DNA of 64,000 nucleotides from a virus (Duplodnaviria > Caudoviricetes): positions 32,001-96,000 of the IMG/VR virus record IMGVR_UViG_3300037067_004728; one strand, written 5' to 3'. Every line of letters starts with the position of its first letter. Position 1 is the stretch's first letter. Below, in pieces: positions 20,669 through 32,199 of the stretch. Under the pieces are notes generated by a model, which was not told the origin of the DNA, made no database searches, and worked only from the letters and a program-made list of their open reading frames with translations. The position numbers and the translations under genes are program-made.

Positions 20669-21379
20669 ATGTGTCGTTATATATCAGTCAATAGTGGAAT
20701 TGGAAGTTTTGATTTAGCTTTACAGAGACTTCATAGTTGGACACCAGCTTGTTATGTGGAAAAGAATACCAGAAACATTGAGACACTCATCCAGAGATTC
20801 CGCGATGATACGATCCAAGATGCTCCAATCTGGGATGATTTCGCCACATTCGACGGGCGACCTTGGCGTGGATGCGTGGATTGCATTGCTGGCGTCGAAT
20901 TGGCCGAAATTGACAGCGAATCCCGCGAGTGTTCTACAGCATCTTCAAATAAACTCATTAGTCTTACAAAAGAAGTGGAACCGAGCCACATCCTCTGGCA
21001 ATTCTCATCTGCGACTAAAGCGGAGGCAGTCGCAAGTGCGGATTATCTCGCCAACGGGCTTGAAATTCTTGGCTACCGCACGGCAATTCTCAAAGTGCGG
21101 TCGAGTGATTTGGGCGCTGACCATAGACGGACTAGATTGTTTGTCTGCGCAGAAATGGCGAACACCCAACCAGCAAATGGCGGGGAACGAATCGAGGAAA
21201 TCGACGAACGCCTGTCAACACCTTGCCGAGCAACTAGGTGGACTTCCGCACCCCGAATTTGTCGAAGAACTGATGGGATTACCGATAGGATGGAGCGCCT
21301 TGACGCACTTGGACGAAGCACGATACCGGCAATGGTCTCAGCGGTTTCGACGATTCTCGATGCAGGAATTGTGTTTTAA
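20669..21379 (+). CDS. degenerate C5-cytosine DNA methyltransferase (catalytic PC motif absent)
   Basis: SGIG motif I, IWDD..TFDG.PWRG.VD, GA.HRRTRLF, DRMERL.ALG are present; PCQ and ENV are missing. Confidence 0.65.
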   Translation: MCRYISVNSGIGSFDLALQRLHSWTPACYVEKNTRNIETLIQRFRDDTIQDAPIWDDFATFDGRPWRGCVDCIAGVELAEIDSESRECSTASSNKLISLTKEVEPSHILWQFSSATKAEAVASADYLANGLEILGYRTAILKVRSSDLGADHRRTRLFVCAEMANTQPANGGERIEEIDERLSTPCRATRWTSAPRICRRTDGITDRMERLDALGRSTIPAMVSAVSTILDAGIVF

Positions 21380-22214
21380 TGGACCAAACTGGGCAATAAA
21401 TAGGCGGCACTAATGCGATGCGATCAATTTGCGGGATTACCTGATGATGCGGTAAAGTTTCTCAATGAGAATACGAAACCACCAATTATCTGCCCAACAT
21501 GCAATTGTGTTCGACCAGTTCAAATAGATGTAGTTGGGCACTATGCGGGTATGTTTGGCGATAATTATGATTTGCACCGTCATAAGTTAAATGATGGTGG
21601 GTATGCGGACGAGTATGTACAGGCAGCACCCTGGTCTAGTGGGCCAGTATTTTTTATAGGGCTGCATGTGTATGATAAACATGGTGTTCTTAGGCATAGT
21701 TTTCTGTGGTCTGAGGACGAAATTTGCAATGCTTAGGAGGGTTTTATGATTCGTCGAGTTTTACAGCGTGTGTTGAAGATTGTTGGTCGTGTACTTCGAT
21801 TAACGACGGCGGTATTGACGTTCGCGTATGTAGTGCCGGTCATTTTAATCGGATATGTTTATGGACTGACGACGGCTAGTTTTAGATTGGGGCGCACGTT
21901 GTCTGCGGTGGCGGCAGCAACGGCAATTAACAAGGTATTTGAAAGGATACAGTAATGATTAGTTACACAGTTATTGTTGACACGAGAGAGGGTGATCGGT
22001 TTCGTGGGATTTATCCTACTGTTCCTACACGGGATCAAGTAATTGAGGGTATTCGTAGTAGTGGTACAGATGCAAAATCTGTCACTCGTCTCATTGCTCT
22101 TGTTAAGACGGCAAAGAATTGGCCTGACCGAATTGTTGCTCGTCGTGTCGAAGTTGTCCGCGTTGAGGCAACAATTATTGGAAAGATTGTTTTTGATGTA
22201 CAGCGAGGTCGTTA

Positions 22215-22754
22215 ATGGGTCTTTTATTCAAGGATTATACTTGTCCTAAATGTGGTAAGACATTTAGAGCGTTTAAATTTGGAACGCCAAAGTGTCCTTA
22301 TTGTACCCCGATTGTAATTCCCAATTACGATATTATTGGGACTGTACCAACGGGCGGATTTTCTGATACGGCGTCTGGTTTGATTGAGGCGGGTAAGGTT
22401 TATTCAGGAGCGCATGTTTGTGAATCTGAGATTCATTCTGCTTTAATGGCAATGGCTACACGCCATGCTCAATATCAGGCCGCACATAAGACACAAGGCC
22501 ATCAGCTTTTTGATGCGAGAGTGGCAGAGTTGCGAAAAACAATGACTAATCAGTCATTTGCAGAAATTTGTGCGGAGTCTTGGAAGGAACAGAAGAACGA
22601 CACCAAGCGAGCATTAGGCGATGAAATGTTTAAGTGCTGGCGTCAATCTCCTGGTCACTGGTCCGTTGCCAGTAAAAAGCATAAATATTATGGCGCCGAC
22701 ATGGCAATGGGTTCCAATGGTGTTTGGTATGCCTGTATTATTGTTGCAGATTAA
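22215..22754 (+). CDS. CAP/SCP domain protein with N-terminal Zn ribbon
   Basis: CPKC..CPYC; A..HA..QA, GH, AEICA, W.QSPGH. Confidence 0.75.
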   Translation: MGLLFKDYTCPKCGKTFRAFKFGTPKCPYCTPIVIPNYDIIGTVPTGGFSDTASGLIEAGKVYSGAHVCESEIHSALMAMATRHAQYQAAHKTQGHQLFDARVAELRKTMTNQSFAEICAESWKEQKNDTKRALGDEMFKCWRQSPGHWSVASKKHKYYGADMAMGSNGVWYACIIVAD

Positions 22755-23652
22755 ATGAGATACTGGGTTGATGTTCGAGTAGGTTGTTGTGCTATCAGGG
22801 ATTCCAGAATTTCTGGTGATGAACTGGATGTAATTTTAAATCCCAATCTACCCAGTGTTATTTACTTTTGGGCCGGGAGTACAAAGGTCGTTAAAACGGA
22901 ACACGGTGAATATTTGACTCCCACCCATTGTCAAGTTCCAGAGGAAGAATTACTCTATGCACGGAAACTATGTGAGGAATTAAATGAGCAAGACAAAAAC
23001 CACAGGATGGCAGCGCACGATGCGATGGTTGGATGCTCCCGCACTAAAGCGTTGGTACAAAAAGTTTGTAAGTCGTCGGAATCGTCGCCAAGCAAAGGAA
23101 AAGACTAGACAAGGCGACGATGATTTTAGAGATAAACCACTTGATCCTTGGGCCATTGATTAGGAACTTTTATGTCGATTGCTAGACAAGTTTTACAACG
23201 TCTTTATGAGGCGACTAATGTAGGTTTAGCGGACCATGAGTTAGTTACCTTATGTCCGGCTATTTGTAGTGCCACAGTACGGGGAGCGCGAAAGGATTTA
23301 GAACGCAATGACTTATGTTCCCGTACTGGGCGAACATCCAGAACACCAACAGGATGCTATGGAGCGGTGTATGTGATAACTTCATTAGGTCGTCAGTATA
23401 TTGAGTCTGGCAGAGAATTACCACCCAAACAATTCCCTGATACGGATGATTCAATTTTACGACGTATTGCACAGAAAATCAAACAAGGATATGATTTTCA
23501 GTGTGGTCGGATTGAGGGTGAAAAGAAATATTATGCTGGTTTCTTTGATAATACGGCTAAACGATGCGAAATTTGTGGCGCGCCTAGTTTGGAGCAAGAT
23601 ATTCTTGGTATTAGTGACTCCATTGAAACTGCAATCTTAAAGGCTTTAAACC

Positions 23653-24003
23653 ATGACTGATAGTTCTTTATTACGATGGTATGTCTATTTGTGGTTGGTT
23701 GATGTAGACGAACATCCTGAGTATTGTGGTAAGGGATGTGGCGACCGGGATGTAAGCCATCTTAAATTAGATATGAGTTGTCCATTCTGGCATAAACGGC
23801 TACAATATATTCTCGACCATAATATTCCAAATCGCGTGATACGCATTGAAACTTCCTTAACAAATGATGAAGCATTTGCTATTGAAGCAAAAACGATTTC
23901 TAAATATGGTCGCATTATTGATGGTTCAGGAGTATTATATAATATTCACCCTGGCGGTCGCATTAGATGTCATACACGTTATGGAAGTAAAGAATTTTTT
24001 TGA
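23653..24003 (+). CDS. GIY-YIG-like nuclease domain protein
   Basis: YVY...YCGKG..DR..H, EAF.IE..I..YGR...G.LYN. Confidence 0.6.
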   Translation: MTDSSLLRWYVYLWLVDVDEHPEYCGKGCGDRDVSHLKLDMSCPFWHKRLQYILDHNIPNRVIRIETSLTNDEAFAIEAKTISKYGRIIDGSGVLYNIHPGGRIRCHTRYGSKEFF

Positions 24004-24255
24004 TGAATTAGCTGATTTATCAATTGAATTTGCCAGGGACGAGTTAATTAGGGCTGGGGTTTCGCCGGGGTCAGATGATTGGTTAGTTTTAGACAGCAAA
24101 AAAGAACTCTTATGCAATATTGTTAAACGCTGTTATGCTGACCATGTGCCTGATTCCGATATGCACCCTTATCCGTATACTGATGAGTGGCTGTTAAAGT
24201 TGTGGGTGACACATAGAAAACGACCAGAAAATTATGCGCGAAAAGTAAAAAAAGT

Positions 24256-25068
24256 ATGTCTTTAAATATATTCCGGTATCCTGGTGGCAAATCAAAAGCA
24301 AGTATTCGAGATTGGATACTGTCTCAGATGCCAGATGACACCTTAGAATACCGAGAACCGTTTGTTGGTGGTGGTGGAATTTTCTTTGCTGTTCCACAGC
24401 ATTTACGACGCTGGATAAATGATATTCATCCGGGTTTAATTGCAGTTTATAAAGCATTAAAACGAAATGACGGATTTATTGAATCGTGTAAGCGAATTAA
24501 GGCGGCACAACCAACTGAACCTTTGAATGGCAGGTATAATGCACGACTAGGAAGAGTTTTTGATCGGTTCAAAGCTAATGAGCAAATGGATCAAGCCCTT
24601 CGATACTTTTTTCTAAATAGAACAGTTTTCGCCGGACGAGTGAATTATGCGATTCCATCCCGGCTTTATTATAGTCATCCAGATGGTTGGAATATTGTCA
24701 ATACGACAAAATTAGAACAAGCATCTGATTGCTTACAACACGTTAAAATTACCTGCCGTGATTATGCTCATTTATTAAGTACGCCGGGGGAAAAAGTCTG
24801 GGTATACATTGACCCTCCGTATGTTGTCAATACAAATTTAACTGCATCTTCTCAATTATACCAGTATAATTTTACTCTCGACGATCATAGACTGCTGGCA
24901 ACACGGATTCGAGATTGTCAGCATCGTGTATGTGTAAGCTATGACGATCATCCATTGATTAGAGAACTATATAAAGATTTTCGTATTTTGAATCATTTGA
25001 ATACAAACTGCGGAACAACAAATAGTACCAAACAACGAGTAACAGAACTTTTAATTTTGAACTACTAG
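24256..25068 (+). CDS. dam: Dam-like (D12 class) N6-adenine DNA methyltransferase
   Basis: FRYPGGKS, YREPFVGGG, IND, YIDPPY, SYDD, ELLILNY. Confidence 0.9.
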   Translation: MSLNIFRYPGGKSKASIRDWILSQMPDDTLEYREPFVGGGGIFFAVPQHLRRWINDIHPGLIAVYKALKRNDGFIESCKRIKAAQPTEPLNGRYNARLGRVFDRFKANEQMDQALRYFFLNRTVFAGRVNYAIPSRLYYSHPDGWNIVNTTKLEQASDCLQHVKITCRDYAHLLSTPGEKVWVYIDPPYVVNTNLTASSQLYQYNFTLDDHRLLATRIRDCQHRVCVSYDDHPLIRELYKDFRILNHLNTNCGTTNSTKQRVTELLILNY

Positions 25069-25675
25069 AGGAGATTGATGATGGACTCGGTTAAATTGCA
25101 CATGGGTAAAAGTTTAGACGATAGATACCAATTTCAACCTTGGTATATCAAGTTGTATCGTCAATTACGATGGGGTCCACAATATTGGCTGTTAGCTTGC
25201 TATATCATTATCAAATGGTTTATAACTTTTCGTGGCCAGATTCCACAAGAAGAACGCGATTGGTTTGTCAGTCGGTGTGATTATGTGAAGCATCTTTGGC
25301 GATTAGTGGCTTCATTAGGGTCGATGAAAATGAAGCATTATTACACATTAGATGAAGTAATGGAAAATTGCAAGAGGAAAATTCAATGTCTGAATTCAAA
25401 GTAGAAGGTTTACCTGATTTAGAAAAGTTACGTAATAAAGAAGTAACATGGACCCCTCCACATTCTTTAGAGGAGTTTCTTGATTTGGTAAGCATGGTAA
25501 TTGAAACTAGCAAGTATACAGATTCTTTTATGGACGGAAGCGAGCAGACACTTGAAAATTTGCGGGCATTTGTTCAGGTTAAGGCCAACAGAATTAAAAT
25601 GCACCCGGATGTAGAAGAGTGTATTGATGTAGCAGCTTATGCTTACATGGTTTATCATATTCTTATGGAGAAGTC

Positions 25676-26053
25676 ATGCAGGGTTGGATCGGAGTAGATT
25701 TAGATGGTACGCTGGCTCATTGGGATCATTGGCATGAAGCCGGTATAATTGGTAAGCCTATTGAACCAATGGTCGAGCGGGTTCGTAAATGGCTTGCCGA
25801 AGGTAAGGCCGTGCGAATTTTTACCGCAAGAGCCGATGAAAATGAAGCTGGTTATAAGACAAACATGATCGGCATTAGACTTTGGTGCCAAGATGTATTT
25901 GGGCAAGTCTTACCTATTACAAATAAAAAAGACAGGTGGATGATAGAATTGTGGGATGACAGATGTATTCAAGTTGGTTTAAATACGGGACAACCAGTTG
26001 TACCTTATCTTGAAGGGCAGTGTCGTGAACCTGATAGGGATATGCCTCATTAG
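25676..26053 (+). CDS. HAD-family phosphatase (PNKP 3'-phosphatase-like)
   Basis: VDLDGTLA, IFTAR, K, WDDR. Confidence 0.75.
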   Translation: MQGWIGVDLDGTLAHWDHWHEAGIIGKPIEPMVERVRKWLAEGKAVRIFTARADENEAGYKTNMIGIRLWCQDVFGQVLPITNKKDRWMIELWDDRCIQVGLNTGQPVVPYLEGQCREPDRDMPH

Positions 26054-26714
26054 TGCGATTGTAGCCCAACCAATTGTTCGTGTTGAATCAATTGAACGTG
26101 GGTCTACTTCTTGGGGCACAGGGACGTGCGTTGCCAGTACAAATGAGTCATTGATTATTACAGCGTGGCATGTTATTAGAGACGGGCATGAATTTAAAGT
26201 CAATGGAAAACCTGCAAAGTTAATCAAAGCCGACAAGACATGGGACTTGGCGGCTTTGATTATTGATGAACGAATGCCAACTTTTAATATTGGAAACCAC
26301 CGGCCTAAAATTGGCGAAACATTGATGGTTTGTGGATATGGAAGTGGTGATTACCGGGAATCAAAAGGTCAAATAACGCAGTATGTTAGCCCTAATAGTG
26401 TGCAACCTGCCGATATTATAGAATGCACGGCAAAAGCACGAAATGGAGACTCTGGCGGGCCAATTTTTGATACACATGGCATATTAGTTGCAGTATTATT
26501 TGGCACAGATCAAGTTGGTGCGCATGGAAGTTGTTGTATACAAGTACGTAAGTTTATAGAAAGTTTAACAATTGATGTGAGGCTAAAACAACAGGCTCTT
26601 ATTATTCCGTATGTATTTTATGATAAAACCAAAATCCGCTCAAGAAATAATGGCAGACGCCGGTGTAGTAAATATGTTACAAGGACGGCATTTAACTTTG
26701 AGGTTGTTCAATGA
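26025..26714 (+). CDS. secreted trypsin-like serine protease
   Basis: signal-like N-terminus; ITAWHV, DLA, GDSGGP catalytic triad motifs. Confidence 0.85.
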   Translation: MNLIGICLISAIVAQPIVRVESIERGSTSWGTGTCVASTNESLIITAWHVIRDGHEFKVNGKPAKLIKADKTWDLAALIIDERMPTFNIGNHRPKIGETLMVCGYGSGDYRESKGQITQYVSPNSVQPADIIECTAKARNGDSGGPIFDTHGILVAVLFGTDQVGAHGSCCIQVRKFIESLTIDVRLKQQALIIPYVFYDKTKIRSRNNGRRRCSKYVTRTAFNFEVVQ

Positions 26715-27018
26715 ATTCAGACTTTTTAGCCGCGCGGCTACGAAAACAGGTCGGACTAGAATGGGAGGATGCAATAGTTTGGATAACAAAGGTAGAGAAG
26801 GTAACAGAGAAACAGGTAGTTTGTAAAAATCGTACACGTAAGCCAGGTAAAAAGAATATTGTCGGTTATTCTACTCTTATGAATGAATCACCTAACAACG
26901 GTCATGCCGGTTGTTTTAATCGTAGGGTTTTTATCGAAGATGCCAATGGCATTGCACCAGAAGCGGCGTTCCCTGGCGTACCTCTTGACAAGTGCCGATA
27001 GTATGGTAGAATATAAGT

Positions 27019-27441
27019 ATGGAAGAAACCTTGACAAAAACTTTAGAAGTCGATATTCAAAACCTGATAATGGCTTTTGAAGCCCTGTCAACTGGTAAAA
27101 CTTTAGATGATGCGTATTTGCTCGTCGAAGATTTAGGTTATAAGGACCGAATTATTCTTGTCGGGCATAAAGGTATTACCACTCTTTCGAGGGTCTGTAC
27201 TGAGCCAGATTGGGCAAAGCAGCCAATGGAGAAGGTTATCATTAAATTCAAAGGTGGCCCTGGGCCTGAAATTTGTGGCCATTCAATTTTTACTGCGAGT
27301 GTGCGGGCGTATGTTGTGGACCGACTAATTAAGACTGTAATGGCAAGCGGAGTAGAACCGGCTTTAGAAGCCATTAAGGTTATTTGGGGCATTAACGTGA
27401 AGTGCGGAGCATCAATAGATGATCCGGTATTATCAAACTGA
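27019..27441 (+). CDS. distant GGPP-family member (possible paralog 8)
   Basis: LDDAYLLV ... IKFKGGPGP...FTASVRAYVVD; leaderless from promoter 26985-27012. Confidence 0.5.
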   Translation: MEETLTKTLEVDIQNLIMAFEALSTGKTLDDAYLLVEDLGYKDRIILVGHKGITTLSRVCTEPDWAKQPMEKVIIKFKGGPGPEICGHSIFTASVRAYVVDRLIKTVMASGVEPALEAIKVIWGINVKCGASIDDPVLSN

Positions 27442-27898
27442 TAAAGGTTATGTTGCGACTGATAGCAGTGTACGTTTACGTGCGAATGATTCGTCCGTCG
27501 GCAATGCTGTGGTTTTCGGGCGCGGCCCGACTGTGGGTTGGGATATTAGCTCGATTACCGACCAAGTTTTTGTCCCCAAGTCGCTTGGGGTAGAAGTGGA
27601 GGCCGATAGCGTACCTCAAGAGTGGCAAGATGCTTTGGGGTTAGCTACTGTGAAAAGTCCTGTCAAGACGGGTGGTTTGTCTCACTCAAGCGGGCTGCCC
27701 GACCTAACAAAGCAAGACGCCGAGCAGGATAGAGGACCGGATCAGGTGGCAAGATTTTTGATGTTTGCGGCGGGCGTTTTTGTAGGTCTAGTATTGGCTT
27801 ACTATTTTACAATCTGAATAGTAGTTGTGGAGAAAACTACTTCTGTGACGTGATGTGAGTGGCGGCGGCTGCGGAGCATGACATGGATACCCGCCGAT

Positions 27899-27982
27899 GG
27901 GAGAATTGAGCATTGGCAGGCTCAACTGACTGTAAATCAGCCTACCCAAAAGGTACTGTAGGTTCAACTCCTGCTTCTCCCA
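27899..27982 (+). tRNA. tRNA-Tyr(GTA)
   Basis: GGGAGAA/TTCTCCC acceptor stem, CTGA-CTGTAAA-TCAG, long variable arm, GGTTCAACTCC; CCA not encoded. Confidence 0.92.
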
Positions 27983-28357
27983 CTTTAACCATAGGAGCAT
28001 TTATATGGAAAAATTGATTGTCCTGATTTTGATTTTCATTGTGAGTCTTGTAGGTTTTATGATTACTGACGCTGCATTTAGCACGTCAGAAACCACTCAA
28101 GGTGTTGTGTTGGAAAAGGTTTATTCTCCTGCAACAACTGGCACGGGAGTTGGTGTAGCCGCAGGCGGAAAGACAATAACGCCAGTAGTTGTGGTTACTT
28201 CTTCGGCAGAAGATTTTGTAGTTTTGGTGAAATGCCCGTATGGCACTTTTTCTAGCCATACTACTGCCGGTATCTATGGAAGTGTCGATAAGGGCGTTAT
28301 TGTTACTTTAATTGTTAATAGGGGTTATTGGACAAACGGTATTTGGTGTGTAAAAAT

Positions 28358-28429
28358 TGCAATGTAGCTCAATGGTAGAGCGCCTGCCTGTTAAGCAGTG
28401 GGTTGGAGGTTCGAGTCCTCCCGTTGCAG
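28358..28429 (+). tRNA. tRNA-Asn(GTT)
   Basis: TGCAATG/CGTTGCA acceptor stem, CTGC-CTGTTAA-GCAG, GGTTCGAGTCC, G73. Confidence 0.95.
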
Positions 28430-28431
28430 CT

Positions 28432-28504
28432 AGGCCCGTAGCTCAGTGGTTAGAGCAGGGGCCTTATAAGCCCAAGGTCGCAGGTTCGATTCCTGCCGGG
28501 CCTA
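28432..28504 (+). tRNA. tRNA-Ile(TAT)
   Basis: AGGCCCG/CGGGCCT acceptor stem, GGGC-CTTATAA-GCCC, GGTTCGATTCC, A73. Confidence 0.92.
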
Positions 28505-29530
28505 CTAGGAGATTTATGATGTATTACATGCTTGAAAGATTTGCTTTTCCATATTGGATTTCTATGGGAATTATCTTGCAAGGTGATTTTCGTAAACACA
28601 TGGTTGTGTTAGAGACATTTCGTAACTTGCATCCTGAAACGGATTTTCGTGCAAAACGTATTAGCGACAAAGCTGCTATGATTTTTGCCGCTCGTGGAAT
28701 GACTATTATGACCGCCCCAGATGTATTAAAAAATGTCTAAAATTAGGAAGGTAAAAAAGTCGTATTGACTCATGTTTAGAACGCCGCGATTACTGCTGGA
28801 AGCACATAACGCGGACGGCTGGAAGCCAGTTAGAATTTACTGTAATTTCAAGTCAGTTCGCTTGATGCTAAATGTTTTACCACGTATTGCACAGGCATAC
28901 GGCGGTATTGATAATGTGCGTGTAAAATATTTAGCAACACACGAACAAATTGCAGAAGCAAAATTAGCTATTGATAGGCAAAATAGACCATGACAGAACA
29001 TATAAATAAGTGGCAAGTATCGAATGAGAAAATGACGGTATTGGTGCAAACTAGAAACGGTATTATTACAAACGCCGCGCCCGTTGTTCAAATTTTTATT
29101 GGTCAGCCATTAGATAATTTGGCAGTTTGGATGAGTAAAATGGGGTCAACAACTATTACCCCTTTAGAAGGGCATATATGCTAAAACGAATTGTGTTTGG
29201 CACGATATTTGCTTATTTGATTCTAGGTTTGCCGGTATTGGCAATGGGGTTTATTTTTCCAGCGGCAGCCGGTGCCCCATTATGGCAAGCTATTTTATTT
29301 GCTATTTTTGCTTGGTTGCTGTGGCCATTTATTATTACAGGAACTTTTTGTGGTTGACGATATTGTTGATTGCATTATAATGTGGATTGTTGTAATCATA
29401 GTCGCTATAGGCGCTATTGGATCAGTAATTGGATGGGCGCTCTTGTATCTTGTGTATGCCATTGCAGTAGCCGGTGTTTATGGGCTGGCCTATTGTATTT
29501 TACCATTTGTCTGGTTACGGAGAAAAATAA

Positions 29531-30109
29531 ATGCGTTACGTGAGTCTTGATATAGAAACAACGGGCTTGGGTGATAATTGTCAGATTCTACAATTAGCTG
29601 CCGTACTTGATGATACAAACAAGCTACTGACTGATTCTCTGACGTTTAATGCTTTGGTGTATGATTATTGGTATGGCGGTGAACCTTTTGCTTTAGCCTT
29701 GAATCATAAGATTTTTGAAACTTTGTCTAAATGTAAGCCGGGCGATATTTCAGTTCACAATGGTAAGACAGTTTTGATTCTGGAACCGCATACATTGATT
29801 CCCGCATTTAGTCTCTGGTTGAAGGAAATTGGAGAAGAAAAGATTTTACTTGCAGGTAAGAATGTTGCCAGTTTTGATCTTCGTTTTCTAAAGAACATGG
29901 AGGGCTGGTCAGACGTTAAGCATCATTACCGTTTTCTCGATCCTGGTAATCTTTTCCTATTACCAACTGACACCATTCCACCAAGTACCGATGAATGTTT
30001 GAAACGGGCTGGGATTAAGAAGGAAGTATCTCACGACGCTTTAGATGATGCGTATGATGTTTGTATGCTAATTCGTAATTGGATTTGTAGACAGGAACAA
30101 TTACGATGA
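29531..30109 (+). CDS. DEDDh 3'-5' exonuclease
   Basis: LDIETTG, GKNVASFD..FL, HDALDDA. Confidence 0.88.
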   Translation: MRYVSLDIETTGLGDNCQILQLAAVLDDTNKLLTDSLTFNALVYDYWYGGEPFALALNHKIFETLSKCKPGDISVHNGKTVLILEPHTLIPAFSLWLKEIGEEKILLAGKNVASFDLRFLKNMEGWSDVKHHYRFLDPGNLFLLPTDTIPPSTDECLKRAGIKKEVSHDALDDAYDVCMLIRNWICRQEQLR

Positions 30110-30490
30110 CGAGTATATTTGAATTATATGGATTGATTACAGAAGGCAAATTAAGTAGGATTAGAAAGTGTGTCGGAATAGATCGGACTGGGCGTAAAAA
30201 ATATGAAGAAGTCTGTATTAGCACAACCGAAGAATATGCCCGTCTTATTATAACTTTATTAAATCAATCTATTGATGACACATTTGACGGGACACCCGGC
30301 GCTCATCCGGCATATTGGCGCGGTCAAGATGATGCTCTTGCGGCAATATGCCTCAAAATAAATCAAATTCTTGATGGTAAAGATGATGGGCGCGGCGTTG
30401 CCAATGAACCGTGGGAATCTGTGCGGCGTCGATTATTGAATTTGACAGAAGCCTATAATCTATACCTTCATTGTAGAACTAGGTCATAGC

Positions 30491-30907
30491 ATGGACTACC
30501 TAAAACACGCAATTGAACTAGCCCGAAATAGTAAGGGTGGACCATTTGGAGCCTGCTTAGTTAAAGCCGGAGTGTTAGTAGAGGGTCAAAATGAGGTTGT
30601 GCCTACACATGACCCTACGGCACATGCAGAAATTGTGGCTATTCGCAAAGCCTGTGCGGCTATTGGTAGCCATGATTTGAGTGAATGGACTTTGTATTCG
30701 AGTTGTGAACCATGTCCCATGTGTCTTGGAGCAATTCAATGGGCGCGTATCAAAAAGGTTGTGTATGCGGCGACTCGGTTTGATGCTCAGGAAGTTGGTT
30801 TTGACGATGTGGCTTTTTATGGTCGGCCTACAATTAGTATTGAACAAGGTAATCTTTGGAAAGAGGCTCGTGAAATGATGCTATCGTGGAAAGGACAAAT
30901 ATACTAA
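30491..30907 (+). CDS. guanine/nucleoside deaminase (CDA fold, GuaD-like)
   Basis: GGPFGA, DPTAHAE, CEPCPMC, DA..GFDD. Confidence 0.85.
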   Translation: MDYLKHAIELARNSKGGPFGACLVKAGVLVEGQNEVVPTHDPTAHAEIVAIRKACAAIGSHDLSEWTLYSSCEPCPMCLGAIQWARIKKVVYAATRFDAQEVGFDDVAFYGRPTISIEQGNLWKEAREMMLSWKGQIY

Positions 30908-31230
30908 TGTGGACGCCAGAAATTGAAAGTATGTGGAAGTCTCGGTTTGAATTTATGAAGCATCCTGACTGGGCGTTCCATGATTTTGTAACAATGTGTT
31001 CGGAGCAGGAGGCTTTGCAAGATTTAGAATTGGCAATTGCCGAGATTGAGAGGCTTCGTGAAACCAGTAAAACGTGATGATGGTTGGTGGGTCACAGAAA
31101 TACCAGATTGCGATGATTGTGGCCCTTATGCTACTAAAGCGGACGCTGAGGACACTAGACGTGGATTACAGCGAACTTTTGACAACATGGATGATTGGAG
31201 TTTTTGGACCTCTGAACCGGAGCCTAAGAA

Positions 31231-32199
31231 ATGTTAAGATTAGCGCATAGAATACTGAGTCAAAGGAAAAATCAATTACCAGATGCCTATAAACCTGAAA
31301 TGAAGGAAGTTGTCGGAGGTATCTGGAACTCAACCCAAAAAGTTTTAACCGATGGGCAACCAATTATTATTGCCGATAACATTGCAGAGTATGTAAATAA
31401 TCTATATGCTGACACTGCTACGGCACCTACATCATATCATATTTTTCCACCCTGCCCGCCGCCATTTAAATCATTTTTTATTGAATGGAATTGTCCACCT
31501 GGAATCAGGTATCCAGGGACTCGAACTTTTAGAGAACATGGCTATGTACAAGTTGGTTGTCAAATTGAAACCTTCGACTCTCGAAAAAATTCAAGAGTTG
31601 AATTGGATGATCTTAGAAAAACTATGGTTGATGATAAACTTATAAATATATTTGATTCCATTGACTGGCGGTGGTTTTTAATTGGAATAAGTTTTGCATG
31701 TTTACGTGATGGTCGTGCTGTTCCAGTTGAATTTACTGAAATTTTCCTAGATGAAGATGGTAATTATATGCAGGCATTGGGATATAGTTTATTTGAATTT
31801 TGCAGAAATGAATCTACTCCAATGTTATATGCAGAAGCAATCGTAATGCAAACTCTTGCATTTATGCAATGCAAAAATGTAAATACTATTGATGTTACTG
31901 AATCCGAGGGGCCAGAACGTCGTTGGTGTCGCCGACAACGTGTTCCTGAATTAAAATATCAAATGTTGCAGATTGATCCTAATTCAACCCGAACTTTGCG
32001 TCGAGGTCAATCCGAATCAAATGAATCAAATAGAGCCTTTCACATTTGTCGTGGGCATTTTGCTCACTATGAAGATGATGGTGTAAGCAAGGGTCTCTTT
32101 GGTCAAGGACGTTATGGAACATTTTGGATTCCATCCCACATACGCGGTTCGCTGGAGAATGGTCGAATAATTAACACTTATAACGTCTTAGCGCCGTGA
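31231..32199 (+). CDS. hypothetical phage protein (H.CRGH C-terminal motif)
   Basis: 322-aa ORF; HICRGHF...FWIP.H.RG. Confidence 0.55.
   Translation: MLRLAHRILSQRKNQLPDAYKPEMKEVVGGIWNSTQKVLTDGQPIIIADNIAEYVNNLYADTATAPTSYHIFPPCPPPFKSFFIEWNCPPGIRYPGTRTFREHGYVQVGCQIETFDSRKNSRVELDDLRKTMVDDKLINIFDSIDWRWFLIGISFACLRDGRAVPVEFTEIFLDEDGNYMQALGYSLFEFCRNESTPMLYAEAIVMQTLAFMQCKNVNTIDVTESEGPERRWCRRQRVPELKYQMLQIDPNSTRTLRRGQSESNESNRAFHICRGHFAHYEDDGVSKGLFGQGRYGTFWIPSHIRGSLENGRIINTYNVLAP

Noticed and set aside
23981-24265. Possible extra GGPP paralog (ELADLSIEFARDEL)
   Set aside because: Only the N-terminal helix pattern resembles the family; the GGPP motif is absent.
27820-27897. Hairpins upstream of tRNA-Tyr
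   Set aside because: There are only two short stems, which is insufficient to call an RNA gene.
28357-28516. N-terminal part of ORF 28357..28740
   Set aside because: It is a translation of tRNA-Asn and tRNA-Ile; the real start is near 28516 after AGGAGA.
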